A stretch of DNA of 63,560 nucleotides, counting the filler, from Chiloscyllium plagiosum (Eukaryota), in NCBI RefSeq assembly GCF_004010195.1. It is 4 parts of one record of this genome, joined end to end, with 100 filler letters (N's around TTAATTAATTAA, not from the genome) between each part and the next. Parts side by side here need not be neighbours in the genome. Positions count along the whole stretch, not along the records: positions 1 to 20,688 come from NC_057713.1; positions 20,789 to 45,729 come from NC_057713.1; 2 more parts are not named here. One strand, written 5' to 3'. Below the pieces are notes generated by a model. The model ran no database searches. It saw only the letters and a program-made list of their open reading frames with translations, and had not been told where the DNA came from. Numbering within the stretch: the stretch's first letter is position 1; each line of letters begins with the position of its first letter. This document shows positions 12,045-24,519 of this stretch, in pieces. The position numbers were made by a program, and so were the translations under genes.

Positions 12045-14385
12045 AGTAGGATGTGGGTGTCGCTGGCTGTGCAGCATTTATTGCCCGTTCCTAATTGTCC
12101 TTGAGAGATGGTGGTGAGCTGCCTTCTAGAACCGCTGCAGTCCGCCTGCTGTAGGTTGATCCATCATGCCTTAAGGAAGGGAATTCCAGGATTTTGATCC
12201 AACAACAGTGAACGGCTATATTTCCAAGTCAGGATGGTAAGTGGCTTGAAGGGGAATTTGCAAGGGGTGGTGTCCCCATGTACCTGCTGCCTTTGTCCTT
12301 CTAGATAGAAGTGGTTGTAGATTTGGAAGGTGCTGTCTGAGGATCTTTGGTGAATGTCTGCAGTGCATCTTGTAGATAGTGCACAGTGCAGTGGTGAAGG
12401 GAGGGGATATTTGTGGATGGGGTACCAATCAAATGGGCTGCTTTATCCTGGATGGTGTCAAGCTTCTTGAGTGTTGTTGGGGCTGCACTCATCCAGGCAA
12501 GTGGGGAGTATTCCATCCCACTCCTGACTTGTACCTTGCAGATAGTGGACAGGCTTTCGGGAGCAAGAAGGTGTATTACTTGCTGCTGTACTCCTAGCCT
12601 CTGACCTGCTCTTGTAACTGCTGTGATAATGTGATGAGTCCAGTTAAATTTCTGGTCAATGATAACTCCTAGAAAGTTGATAGTGGGGGATTCAGTGATG
12701 GTAACACTACTGAATGTCAAGAGGTGGTGGTTAGATTGTCTCTTATTGGTGCTGGCCATAGCCTGGCATTTGTATGGCGTGAATGTTACTTGCCACTTGT
12801 TAGCTCAAACCTAGATATTGTCCAAATCTTGTTGCATTTGAACACGGACTGCTTCAGTATCTGAGGAGTCACAAATGGCGCTGAGCATTGTGCAATCATC
12901 AGGGAACATCCCTACTTCTGACCTTATGATGAAGAGAAGGTCATTGATGAAGCAGCTGAAGATGGTTGGGTCTAGGACACGACCCTGAAGAACTCTTGCA
13001 GAGTTGTCCTGGAGCTGAGATAACTGACCTCCAACAACCACAACCATCTTCCTGTGTGTTAGGTATGACTCCAATCACTAGAGAGTTGGCCCCCCAATAC
13101 CCATTGATTCCAGTTTTGCCACACTCGGTCAAATGCAGCATTGATGTCAAGGGCTGTCATTCTCACCTCATCTCTGGAATGCAGCTCTTTTGTCCATGTT
13201 TGCACCAAGGCTGTAATGAGGTCAGGAGCAGAGGGGACCTGGTGGAACCCAAACTGGGTGTCACTGAGCAGGTTATTGCTGAGCAGGTGCTGCTTGATAG
13301 CACTGTTGATGACACCTTCCATCACTTTACTGATGATCGAGAGTAGACTAGTGGGACAGTAATTGGCTGGGTTGGATCTGTCCTGCTTTTTATGTACAGG
13401 ACATACCTGGGCAATTTTCCACATTGTTGGGTAGATGTATGGAACAACTTGTCCAGGGGAGCCACAGGTTCCAAAGCACAAGTCTTCAGTGCTATTGTCA
13501 AAACGTTGTCAGGGCCAAAGCTTTTGCAGTATCCAGTGCCTCCAACTATTTCTTGATATAATGTGGAGTGAATCGAATTGGCTAAAGGCTGGTATCAGTG
13601 ATGCTGGGGACCACTGCCGGAGGCTGAGATGGATCATCTTCAGACTGAAGATTGCTGCGAAAGCTTCAGCCTTATCTTTTGCACTGATATGCTGGGCTCT
13701 TCCATCATTGAGGATGGGAATGTTTATGGAGCCTCCTCCTCCTCCAATAAATTGTTTAATTGTCCATCAACATTTGTGCCGTTTGGCACACAAGTAGTCC
13801 TGTTTGGTGTCTTCACCAGGTTGACATCTCATCTTCAGGTATGCCTGGTGCTGCTCCTGGCATACCCCCCTGCACTCTCCTTTGAACCAGGGTTGATCCC
13901 CTGGCTTGTTGGTAATGGTTGAGTGGTCCATGAGGTTACAGATTATGCTGGAGTACAATTCTGCTGCTGTTGATGGCTCACAGTGTCTCATGGGTGCCTA
14001 GTATTGAGTTGCTAGATCTATTCAAAGTCTATCCCATTTAGCATGGTGATTGTGCCACGCAACAAGATGGAGGGTTTTGTCAATGTGAAGTCAGGATTTT
14101 GTCTCCACAAGGAGTGTGCAAATGTCATTGTTACTGATATTGTCATGGACAGATACATCTGCAGCTGGCAGATTGGTAAGGCTGAGGTCAGGTATGTTTT
14201 TCCCTCTTGTTGGTTCCCTCACCACCTGCCACAGACCTAGTCTGTTAGCTTTATCCTTTAGGACGCAATCAGCTCTGTCAGTAGTACTGCTGCCAAGCCA
14301 CTCTTGGTAGTGGACATTGAAATTCCACACTCAGAGTACATTGCGTGCTCTTGCCATCCTCAGTGCATCCTCTAAGTGTTGTTCA
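12045..14385 (-). mobile_element. L2/CR1-group LINE ORF2, decayed
   Basis: WKIAQVCPVHKKQDRSNPANYCPTSLLS, ALDINAAFDRVW, QGRVLDP and FPDD motifs; endonuclease remnant at 14091-14330. Confidence 0.8.
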
Positions 14386-14687
14386 GTTGAAGTGTTCTGG
14401 ACTTTGGAGTCTTTGTAAGATGTAAACATCAATGGCTAGGCCAACATTTATTACCCATCCCTGCATAGAGTCCATACAGTGCAGAAACAGGGCAATGACC
14501 CCATCAGGTCTGCACCAGCCCACTGAAGAGCATCCCTCCCCAATTTCCCTATCCCTGGGTAACCCTGCATTTCCCATGGTCAATCCACCTAACTTTGGAC
14601 TGTGAGAGGAAACAGGAGCACCCAGAGCACCCATGCAGAAATGGGGAGAATACGCAAACTTCACACAGTGTGGAATTGAACCTGGGC

Positions 14688-14900
14688 TGGAAATGTGTTG
14701 CTGGAAAAGTGCAGCAGGTCAGACAGCATCCAGGGAACAGGAGAATCGACGTTTCGGGCATAAGCCCTTCTTCCTGAAGAAGGGCTTATGCCCGAAACGT
14801 CGATTCTCCTGTTCCCTGGATGCTGTCTGACCTGCTGCGCTTTTCCAGCAACACATTTCCAGCTCTGATCTCCAGCATCTGCAGACCTCACTTTCTCCTC
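14688..14900. mobile_element. Near-perfect palindromic PLE family-B mini-element
   Basis: About 85-bp inverted arms plus about 35-bp tail; 14-bp TSD aattgaacctgggc at 14674-14687 and 14901-14914. Confidence 0.85.
14771..14805 (+). ncRNA. Minimal hammerhead ribozyme motif (PLE family B)
   Basis: CTGAAGA-A-GGGC-ttat-GCCC-GAAAC-GTC: intact core, 4-bp helix II, GUC triplet; helix I is short. Confidence 0.65.
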
Positions 14901-15057
14901 AATTGAACCTGGGCCCCTGGCGCTGTGAGATAGCAGTGCTAATCACTGAACCACCACGCCATTACTTGCACTTAAAGTAATATAGAGAAATTCTCGTACC
15001 CAAGCTTCAAGAAGCATCTTGCCATCACTTTCTTAAGAGTAATTAGTATCTGCAGTT

Positions 15058-15349
15058 TTAGATTAGATTAGATTACAGTGTGGAAACAGGCCCTTCGGCC
15101 CAATAAGTCCACACCAACCCACCCATACCCCTACGTTTACCCTTTACCTAACACTATGGGCAATTTAGTATGGCCAATTCACCTGACCCTGCACATCTTT
15201 TGGACTGTGGGAGGAAACCGGAGCACCCGGAGGAAACCCACACAGACACGGGGAGAACGTGCAAACTCCACACAGTCAGTCGCCTGAGGCGGGAATTGAA
15301 CCCGGGTCTCTGGCGCTGTGAGGCAGCAGTGCTAACCACTGTGCCACTG
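15058..15349 (-). mobile_element. HE1-like SINE, young
   Basis: tRNA head at the right end, (ttaga)n tail at the left. Confidence 0.85.
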
Positions 15350-16002
15350 TGAGAAAGATATTATTGTCATAGAGGAGTGCAATGAAGGTTCAGCAGACAT
15401 GTTTCTAGGGTGGCAGGACTGTCCCAGGAAGAGATTGGGATAAATTGAGTCTACATTTTCTAGTGTTTCAAAGAATGAGAGGTGATCTCATTGAAATCAA
15501 TAAGATACTTAAAGGGACAGACAGGATGGATTCAGGTAAGATATTTCACCTGGTTGGGGAGTCTAGAACCAGGGAACATAATTCTAAAATAAGGGGAAAT
15601 GCCACTTAGGACTGAGATGAGGAGAAATGATTCTACTCAAGAGTTATAACAAAGAACAATACAGCACAGGAACAGGCCCTTCAGCCCGACAATATTGCAC
15701 TGGCACATAATGCCTTTCTAATTGAAAACCTTGTGCTACTATGCAGTCCATATCTCCCTCTTCTATGTCTGTACATGAATCTTTTAAATGTTTCTACTGT
15801 ATCCATATCCATCACCTTCTCTGGCTGCACATTCCTTCATGAACCACCCTCTGTGTAAATGAACTTTCTTCTCACATCTCCTTTTAACTTACCCTCCTTT
15901 ACCTTAAACCTATGTCCCCTAAGTAATTGATATTTCTACCCTGGGAAGAAAGAGTCCAACTATCCATCTCTCCACATCGTCATAATTTTGTAAACTTCTA
16001 TC

Positions 16003-17109
16003 TTCAAAGTTTGTGCGAAGATTTGTAGCTCGGGTGCTCGTTGTTGTGGTTCTGTTCGCTGAGCTGGAAGTTTTTGTTGCAAACGTTTCGTCCCCTGGCT
16101 AGGCGACATCATCAGTGCTTGGGAGCCTACTGCGAAGCGCTTCTTTGNNNNNNNNNNNNNNNNNNNNNNNNNNNNNNNNNNNNNNNNNNNNNNNNNNNNN
16201 NNNNNNNNNNNNNNNNNNNNNNNNNNNNNNNNNNNNNNNNNNNNNNNNNNNNNNNNNNNNNNNNNNNNNNNNNNNNNNNNNNNNNNNNNNNNNNNNNNNN
16301 NNNNNNNNNNNNNNNNNNNNNNNNNNNNNNNNNNNNNNNNNNNNNNNNNNNNNNNNNNNNNNNNNNNNNNNNNNNNNNNNNNNNNNNNNNNNNNNNNNNN
16401 NNNNNNNNNNNNNNNNNNNNNNNNNNNNNNNNNNNNNNNNNNNNNNNNNNNNNNNNNNNNNNNNNNNNNNNNNNNNNNNNNNNNNNNNNNGTGGCCCTTT
16501 TGAATAGTGTGCTGATGCAGCTTCGTTTGTGTGTGTTGGGTGGTTACTTTCACAGTTTAGGACTTGGTCCGTGTGTGTGGCTTTCCTGTATACCCTTGTA
16601 GTGAATTCTCCGTTCGGTGTTCTCTGTACCATCACATTGTAAACTAATGTAGTGTACAAAATACCATGCAAGGACTGCGCTAAACACTATATAGGACAAA
16701 CAGGAAGACAGCTAACAATCCGCATACATGAACATCAACTAGCCATGAAACGACACGACCAGCTATCCTTAGTAGCCACACACGCAGACAACAAGCAACA
16801 TGAATTCGACTGGGACAACACTACTATCATAGGGCAAGCCAGACAGAGAACAGCTAGGGAATTCCTAGAGGCATGGCATTCATCCACAAACTCCATCAAC
16901 AAACACATCGACCTGGACCCAATATACCAACCACTACAGTGGACAGCTGAAACTGACAACCGGAAGCGGCAGGGACAGACCACTATAAACACTGGAGGAA
17001 ACATCAAAGAAACGCTTCGCAGGAGGCTCCCAAGCACTGATGATGTCGCCTAGCCAGGGGACGAAAGGTTTGCGACAAAAACTTCCAGCTCGGCGAGCAG
17101 AACCACAAC
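16003..17109 (-). mobile_element. Penelope-like element, family A, with inverted arm (16640-17109 plus); spans an N gap
   Basis: GIY-YIG YKIPCKDCAKHYIGQTGRQLTIRIHEH...REFLEAW; RT thumb VYRKATHTDQVL; TSD aaacttctatc at 15992-16002 and 17110-17120. Confidence 0.88.
16148..16490. other. Assembly gap (343 N)
   Basis: Run of N. Confidence 1.
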
Positions 17110-17938
17110 AAACTTCTATCATGTTGCCCCTCATCCTTTGTTCAAGTGAAAACAAACCAAGTTTGTCCAATCTCTGCTCATAGCTAATACTCTCCAAACC
17201 AGGCAACATCCTGGTAAACCATTTCTGTACCCTCACCACATCCTTCTAGAAGGGTGATGACTGCAACTGTACACAATATTCCAAAATGGCCTAACTAAAG
17301 TTCTGTACAACAGCAACATGACTTGCCAATTTTTAAACTCTACGCCCCAACTGATGAAGGTAAGCATGCAATAGGTTTTCTTAACCACCTTATCGAGTTA
17401 CATTGCTACTTTCAGGCAGCTATGGACATGTATGTATAGATCCCTGTGTATGTTGATGCTACTAAGGATTCTGTTTTTTTTACTGTATATCTCCCTCCTG
17501 CATTAGATCTCCTAAAATGCATCACTTCATCTTTGTCTGCATTAAGCTCTATTGTCATTTTTCTGTCCAAGTCTCCAGCCTATCTATATTCTTCTTATAG
17601 AGTCATAGAGTCCTACAGCAAGGAGACAGGCCCTTCGGTCCAAACTGGTCCATGCCAATCAAAATGTCCATCCCCATTTTCTACATTTGGCCCATATCCT
17701 TCTAAATCTTTTCCATCCATGTATTTGTCCAAATTCCTTTTAAATGTTGTTAATGTACCTACCTCAATCATTTCTCCTGGCAGCTTATTTCATATGCGTA
17801 CCATCCTCTGTATAAAAAAGTTGCCCCTGAGGTCCCCTTTTATTCTTTCCCCTCTAATCTTAAGCTGAGGCCCTCTAGTCCTCGATTCCCCAAGCTTGGG
17901 AAAAAGACTGAGTGTGTTCACCCTATCCATGCCACTCA

Positions 17939-18568
17939 GTTGCCACTCAGGTGGATAGAGCTTGTAAGAAGGCCTATGGTGTATTAGCGTTCATTAGCAG
18001 AGGGATTGAATTCAAGAGTCGTGAAGTGATGTTGCAGCTGTACAGGACTTTGGTTAGGCCACATTTGGAGTACTGTGTGCAGTTCTGGTCGCCTCACTTT
18101 AGGAAAGATGTGGAAGCTTTGGAGAGGGTGCAGAGAAGATTTACCAGGATGTTGCCTGGAATGGAGAATAGGTCATACGAGGATAGGTTGAGAGTGCTAG
18201 GCCTTTTCTCATTGGAACGGCGAAGGATGAGGGGTGACTTGATAGAGGTTTATAAGATGATCAGAGGAATAGATAGAGTAGACAGTCAGAAACTTTTTCC
18301 CCGGGTACAACAGAGTGTTAAATTTAAAGTGAAGGGTGGAAGGTATAGGGGAGATGTCAGGGGTGGGTTCTTTACCCAGAGAGTGATGGGGGCATGGAAT
18401 GCGCTGCCTGTGGGAGTGGCAGAGTCAGAATCATTGGTGACCTTTAAGTGGCAATTGGATAGGTACATGGATGGGTGCTTAAGCTAGGACAAATGTTCGG
18501 CACAACATCATGGGCTGAAGGGCCTGTTCTGTGCTGTATTGTTCTATTTTCTATGTTCTATGTTCTAT
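17939..18568 (+). mobile_element. Young 5'-truncated CR1 LINE
   Basis: Open RT C-terminal frame (191 aa ORF); (ttctatg)n tail; nearly identical to 20789-21603 and 26859-27329. Confidence 0.9.
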
Positions 18569-19530
18569 GCCTCTCATGATCTTATACACCTCTGTAAGGG
18601 TTCCCCTCAGTCGCCTACGCTGTAAAGAAAATCATTCTAGCTTGTCCAACATCTCCCTATAGCTCAGACCATTGAGTCCTGATAACATCGTTGCAAGTTT
18701 CTGTTGCACTCTTTCCAGTTTAATAAGATCCTTCCTGTAGCAAGGTGACCAAAACTGAACACAATACTCCAAGTGCGACCTCAACAACGTCCTGTACAAC
18801 TGCAACATAACTTGCTAACTTCTATACTCAATGCCAGTGTGTCAAAAGCCTTCTTCACTGCCCTGTCTACCTATGACTCCACTTTCAGAGAATTGTGAAC
18901 CTGTACTCCAAGGTCCTTCTGTTCCACTACACTCCGTTAGGCCCTACCATTCACCATGAAACTCCCTACCTTGATTTGACTTTCCAAAATGCAAGACCTC
19001 ACACTTATCTATAGCAACCTGCATTTGTCATTTCTCAGCCCACTTCCCAGCTGATCAAGATCCTGCCGCAGCTACTGATACCTTTCCTCACTTTCCATGG
19101 TACCATCTATTTTAGTGTCATCAGCGAACTTACTAACCATGCCTTATACATTCTTATCCAAATCATTGATATAGATAATAAATAGTAATGGGGCCAGCAT
19201 CTACCCCTGAGGCACTCCACTAGTCACAGGCCTCCAATCTGATAAGCATCCTTCCTCTATTACCCTCTACTTCCTATCATCAAGCCAATTTTGCATCTAA
19301 TTTGTCAGCTCCCCCTTAATTCTTTGCGATCTAACCTTCCAGAGTAGCCGAGCATGTGGAACCTTATCAAAGGCCTTACTGAAATCTACATAGACTATGT
19401 CTACTGCCCTGCCCTCGTCAACCTTCCTGGTCACTTCATCAAAGAACTCTAACAAATTTGTGAGGCACTATCTCCCACGCACAAAGCCTTGCAGACTACC
19501 TCTAATCAAACCCTGTCTTTCCAAATGCAT

Positions 19531-19636
19531 GGAGAAAGTGAGGACTGCCGAAGGGCTTATGCCTGAAAAATCAATTTTCCTGATCCTTGGATGCTGCCTG
19601 ACCAGCTGTGCTTCTCCAGCACCACATTCTTCGACC
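19531..19636. mobile_element. Short PLE family-B derivative
   Basis: Tail plus inverted arm; TSD ctttccaa(a/g)tgcat at 19517-19530 and 19637-19650. Confidence 0.75.
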
Positions 19637-20294
19637 CTTTCCAAGTGCATATACATTTTATCCCTCAGAATCTTCTCAAGTAACTTACCCGCCACAGAAG
19701 TTTGACTTGCTGGCTTACAGTTCCCAAGCTTTTCTTTGCTGCTCTTCTTGAATAAGGGCACAACATTCGCTATCCTCCAGTCTTCTGGGACCTCACCTGA
19801 GGCTAACGATGATGAAAAATATCTGCCAGGGTCCCCGCAATTTCTTCTCCAGCCTCTTGCAGTGTTCTTGAATCTATCTTTTGTGTCAGTTTGCCATGTG
19901 GGAGCTTGTCAAAGGCCTTCCTAAAGTTCATGTAGACATCATCTACCACCCTGCCCTCATCAATCATCTTTGTCACTTTCTCAAGTTTGTGAGACACGAC
20001 CTCTCCCGCATAAAGCCATGCTACATATCACTAATAAGTCTAGATTTCTCCAAATGTGAATAAATCCTATCCCTAAGATTCATCTCCAATAATTTCCCTA
20101 CCACTGACGTATGGCCCTCCAGCCTATGGTTTCTCAGATGATCTCTGTTGCTTTTCTTAAATAAAGGAACAATGTTGGCTGCTCTCTAGTGCTCTGGGAC
20201 CTCTCCTGTGACTAAAGAGGATATAAAAATTTTGTACAAGACCCCAGTAATTTCCTTAATGCTATTCAAAATGCCCAACACTTTTTTATGTTGA

Positions 20295-21603
20295 GAAGCA
20301 GGCAGTGCAGGGATCCCCTGTGGTCGTTTCCCTCAACAATAAGTATACCGCTTTGGATACTGTTGAGGGGGATGGCCTAGCACGGGTAAGCTGCAGTGAC
20401 CGGGTCTCTGGCACGAGGTCCGGCTCTGAGGCCCAGAAGGGAAAGGGGGAGAGGAGGAGAGCGCTAGTTATAGGAGACTCTATAGTTAGAGGGACAGACA
20501 GGCGATTCTGTGGACATGGGCAAGACTCTCGGATGGTTTGTTGCCTCCCGGGTGCCAGGGTCCGAGATGTCTCGGACCGTGTCTTCAGAATCCTTAAGGG
20601 GGAGGGTGTGCAGCCAGAAGTTGTGGTGCACATTGGCACCAACGACATAGGTAGGAAGAGGGGTGGGGAGGTCATTCAGGAGCTCAGGNNNNNNNNNNNN
20701 NNNNNNNNNNNNNNNNNNNNNNNNNNNNNNNNTTAATTAATTAANNNNNNNNNNNNNNNNNNNNNNNNNNNNNNNNNNNNNNNNNNNNTGTTGGCTGCAA
20801 AGGGACTTAGATATGATGGAGAGCTGGGCTGAGGAGTGGCAGATGGAGTTCAACCCTGCCAAGTGTGAGGTTGTCCATTTTGGAAAGACAAATAAGAATG
20901 CGGAATACAGGGTTAATGGTAGGGTTCTTAGTAAGGTGGAGGAGCAGAGGGATCGTGGGGTCTATGTTCATAGATGTTTGAAAGTTGCCACTCTGGTGGA
21001 TAGAGCTTGTAAGAAGGCCTATGGTGTATTAGCGTTCATTAGCAGAGGGATTGAATTCAAGAGTCGTGAGGTGATGTTGCAGCTGTATAGGACCTAGGTA
21101 AGGCCACATTTGGAGTACTGTGTGCCTCATTTTAGGAAAGATGTGGAATCTTTGGAGAGGGTGCAGAGGAGATTTACTAGGATGTTGCCTGGAATGGAGA
21201 ATAGGTCGTACGAAAATAGGTTGAGAGTACTAGGCCTTTTCTTATTGGAACGGCGAAGGATGAGGGGTGACTTGATAGAGGTTTATAAGATGATCAGGGG
21301 AATAGATAGAGTAGACAGTCAGAGACTTTTTCCCTGGGTACAACAGAGTGTTACAAGGGGACATAAATTTAAGGTGAAGGGTGGAAGGTATAGGAGGGAT
21401 GTCAGGGGTAGGTTCTTTACCCAGATAGTGGTGGGGGCATGGAATGCGCTGCCTGTGGGAGTGGCAGAGTCAGAATCATTAGCGAACTTTAAGCGGCAAT
21501 TGGATAGGTACATGGATGGGTGCTTAAGCTAGGACAAATGTTCGGCACAACATCGTGGGCCGAAGGGCCTGTTCTGTGCTGTATTGTTCTATGTTCTATG
21601 TTC
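20295..21603 (+). mobile_element. Young CR1: ORF1 esterase left of the gap, ORF2 3' end right of the gap
   Basis: VIGDSIVRG and VVVHIGTND (SGNH esterase); WAEEWQMEFN; (ttctatg)n tail. Confidence 0.85.
20689..20788. other. Artificial 100-bp scaffold linker
   Basis: 44 N + TTAATTAATTAA + 44 N. Confidence 0.97.
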
Positions 21604-21952
21604 TAGAATATCAACATACACCTCTCTAGAAGCACAATCCACCATATTCTTCCCCTTTGTGGACACTGATGCAAAGTATTCATTAAGGACATTACCCAAT
21701 TCCTCCTTTTGCACACCTAAATTCCCTCCATTGTCCTTGAATGGATCTGTCCTTTGCCTAGCTTCCCTGGTTATGATCTGTTGGAAATCTTTATCACAGA
21801 GGGCTGTGGGAGCTAGGTCTTTTGAGTATGTTTGGATTACCCAGTGGTGGACAGGATTATCGGGATGGGGTTGGTAAAAGCATGTTTTTGAAGCATGAAG
21901 TGTTCAATCAACAATGATTGTGTTCAATGATGTACCAGTCTCGAGGGCTGAA

Positions 21953-22156
21953 TGTGTGGTACTGGAAAAGAACAGCAGGTCAGGCAGCATCTGAGGAACA
22001 GGAGAATCGATGTTTCGGGCATAAGTCCTTCATCAGGAAGGGCTTAACCCTGAAATGCTGATTCTCCTATTCCTCGGATGCTGCCTGATCTGCTGTGCTT
22101 TTCCAGCACCACACTCTCAACTCTGATCTCCAGCATCTGCAGTGCTCACTTTCTCC
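21953..22156. mobile_element. Palindromic PLE family-B mini-element, older copy
   Basis: Same arms and tail as 14688-14900; minus strand reads CTGATGA-A-GGAC-ttat-GCCC-GAAAC-ATC. Confidence 0.75.
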
Positions 22157-22439
22157 TTAAGGGGCCAAATGGCCTATTCCTATGGGATGGGTAATAAACA
22201 CTAGCTTAGTTGCAACCTATGAATGAATGAAGAAAAAGTGCCACTTATGAGTCAAGGCCTGAATGTTCCCTGGGACAATGATGTACATACACTGCTGTGT
22301 TTTAATCATTGTTTAACACAGATACACCCTTCTAATAGCAGGAAGAGCAAACAACACAGCCTGTTTATTTCAGGATATTTCACACAATTGCTCAATAGAC
22401 GCTTTCCACATAAGGCTCAGCAACTTTTAAAAATCCATT

Positions 22440-23340
22440 AATTGGATGTGAGTATCGCGTGCCCAGAAATTTCTTTTCCATTTCTGATTGTTCTCGAGAA
22501 GGTGGTAGTGAGCTGCCTTCTTGAACCACTGCACTCCACCTGCTGTGGGTTGACCCACAATGCCCTTACCGAGGGAATTCCAGGATTTTGATGCAGTGAG
22601 ACTGAAAGAACAGTGATAATATTTCCAAGTCTGGATGGTGAATAGCTCGGAGGGGAACTTGCAGGGGGTGATTTTCCATTGTACCTGCTGCTCTTATCCT
22701 TATGGAAGTGGTTGTGGTTTTGGAGGTGCTGTCGAAGGATCTTTGGTGAATTTGTTCAATGTATCTCGTAGATAGTATACACTGCTGCTACTGACCGTTG
22801 GTGGTGATGGGAGTGGATCTTTGTGGATGTGTCTGAGATGGTGTCAAGCTTCGAGTGTTGTTGGAGCTGCACCCAACAGGCAATTGGGGAGTATTCCATC
22901 ACACTCCTGACTTATACCTTGCAGATAGTGGACAGGAGGTGAGTTATTCACTGCAGTATTCCTAGTTTCTGACTTGCTTTTGTAACCAACGTGTTTATTT
23001 GGTGAGTCCAAGTGAGTTTCAGGTCAATGGTAACCCTCAGGAAGTTGATAGTGGAGGATTCAGTGATGGTAAGATCATTGTATGTTTGGGGCAGTTGTTA
23101 AACTTTCTCTTATTGGAGATGGTCATTGCCTGGCATTTGTGTGGCACGAATGTTACTTGCCACTTATCAGCACAAGCCTGGATATTGTCCAGGTCTTGCT
23201 GCATTTAAACATGGACTGCTTCAGTATGTGAGGACTCATAAATGGTGCTGAACATTGTACAATTATTAGTGAGCATCCTCACTTCTGACCTTATCAAGAA
23301 GGCAAGGTCATTGATGAAGTAGTTGAAGATGGTTGGAATT
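22440..23340 (-). mobile_element. L2-like LINE 3' fragment
   Basis: Colinear with 12045-12965. Confidence 0.75.
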
Positions 23341-23920
23341 AAGAAAAACTGGTTGAATGATGTTTGATTGTCTTAAAAATCTACCTGGTGCTTTGATACA
23401 CTTAATGGAATCTGTCGTCTTTACCAGTGATCAAGGAGTCAAGAGCCAGCAGTCACAGCCTAAGGATAAAGGGGTAGGCCTTTTAGGACTCAGTTGAGGA
23501 GAAATATCTTCACCCAGAGAGTGGGAAGTCTGTGCAATGTTCTGACACAGAAAGCAGTTGAGGTCATTAAATATTTTCAAGAAGGAGTTTCATAGCTAAA
23601 GGAAGCAAAGGATTTGGGGAGAAAGGAGCAAGAGAGGAGTACGTTAGATGAACAGCCATGGTGATATTGAATAGTGGAGCAAGCCCAACGGTTGAATGGT
23701 CTATTCCTGCTCCTATTTGTTATGCTTCTAACTGGTCTGGGCAACGTGTACCTCCAGATACTCAACAACATGGTTAACACTAAATTGCCCTCGAAAATGA
23801 CCGATCAAACCACCCAGTTCAAGGTCAACTGTTGGAGGCCGAGCCATTGACAACCACATCTTCATGGAAGAACCCAGAAATTTATGAGCTTAGTTGGTAT
23901 TATCGAACAAACAGACTCAC

Positions 23921-24048
23921 CTGCCCCAGTGGGCAAAGGCATCCAGGCTCACAGGCATCCTGCTGACACTCTGTTTCAGACCGAAGGTCTGAGCAGCTAT
24001 GTGGGCAAATATTCGCGCATTTACTGAAGGTCTGGTTTTGTGGACAAC
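23921..24048 (-). CDS. SSPO: SCO-spondin exon, TIL domain (near C-terminal region)
   Basis: ttttctAG / GTgagt, 128 bp, phase 1-0. Encodes CPQNQTFSKCANICPHSCSDLRSETECQQDACEPGCLCPLGQ. Confidence 0.9.
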
Positions 24049-24519
24049 CTAGAAAATGAGTAGATGAGATTTTAACCAAAGACCACTGTAACAAAACTTC
24101 ATCTCAATGATTCCATTGTAGAATTGATTTGTTGCTTTAAATAACACCTTGTATCAACACACAGTTTTTCTTCAGGTCCCCCAGAACATTTGAATTGAAC
24201 CTGCCTCCCCCACACTCTCAGATAATACATTCCAGACCCTAATGACTCGCTGAGGGGAAAAGGTTTTTCTCCTGTTATCATTGATTCTTTTATCAGTCAG
24301 CTTAAATTCATATCCTCTCATTCTTGATTCCTCCAACAATGGGAACAGTTCCTTCTTATTTATTAGCAGCAGCAACAGGCATACCTAAAAATGAGGTGTC
24401 ACCCTGGTGAAGCTACCATACACCAATACTTATGTGCCAAACACAATAAGCAGCAAGTGATAGATAGAGTTAAGTGAGCAGATCTAAGAGTTACGGGAGC
24501 AGATCTAAGCTCTGCAGTT

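Larger units (their letters stand above)
14462..14960 (-). mobile_element. HE1-like SINE interrupted by a palindromic PLE derivative
   Basis: SINE body split at its B box by the 14688-14900 insertion. Confidence 0.75.
17597..20260 (-). mobile_element. CR1 LINE fragments (RT to 3' end), host for nested insertions
   Basis: PLFKKSSKEKLGNCKPASQTSV and NFRKAFDKLPH; interrupted at 17939-18568 and 19531-19636. Confidence 0.75.

Noticed and set aside
15290..15349. tRNA-like sequences at SINE heads
   Set aside because: They are attached to V-SINE bodies and tails; not tRNA genes.
15960..16671. Long ORFs containing X runs (also 26299-27287)
   Set aside because: Artefacts of translating through N gaps.
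20305..20688. GDSL/SGNH esterase as a host enzyme gene
   Set aside because: It is the known esterase domain of CR1 ORF1 and recurs in several LINE copies here.
20733..20744. TTAATTAATTAA palindrome recurring at 20733, 45774 and 58153
   Set aside because: Always centred in exactly 44+44 N and has stops in all six frames; it is an assembly linker, not biology.
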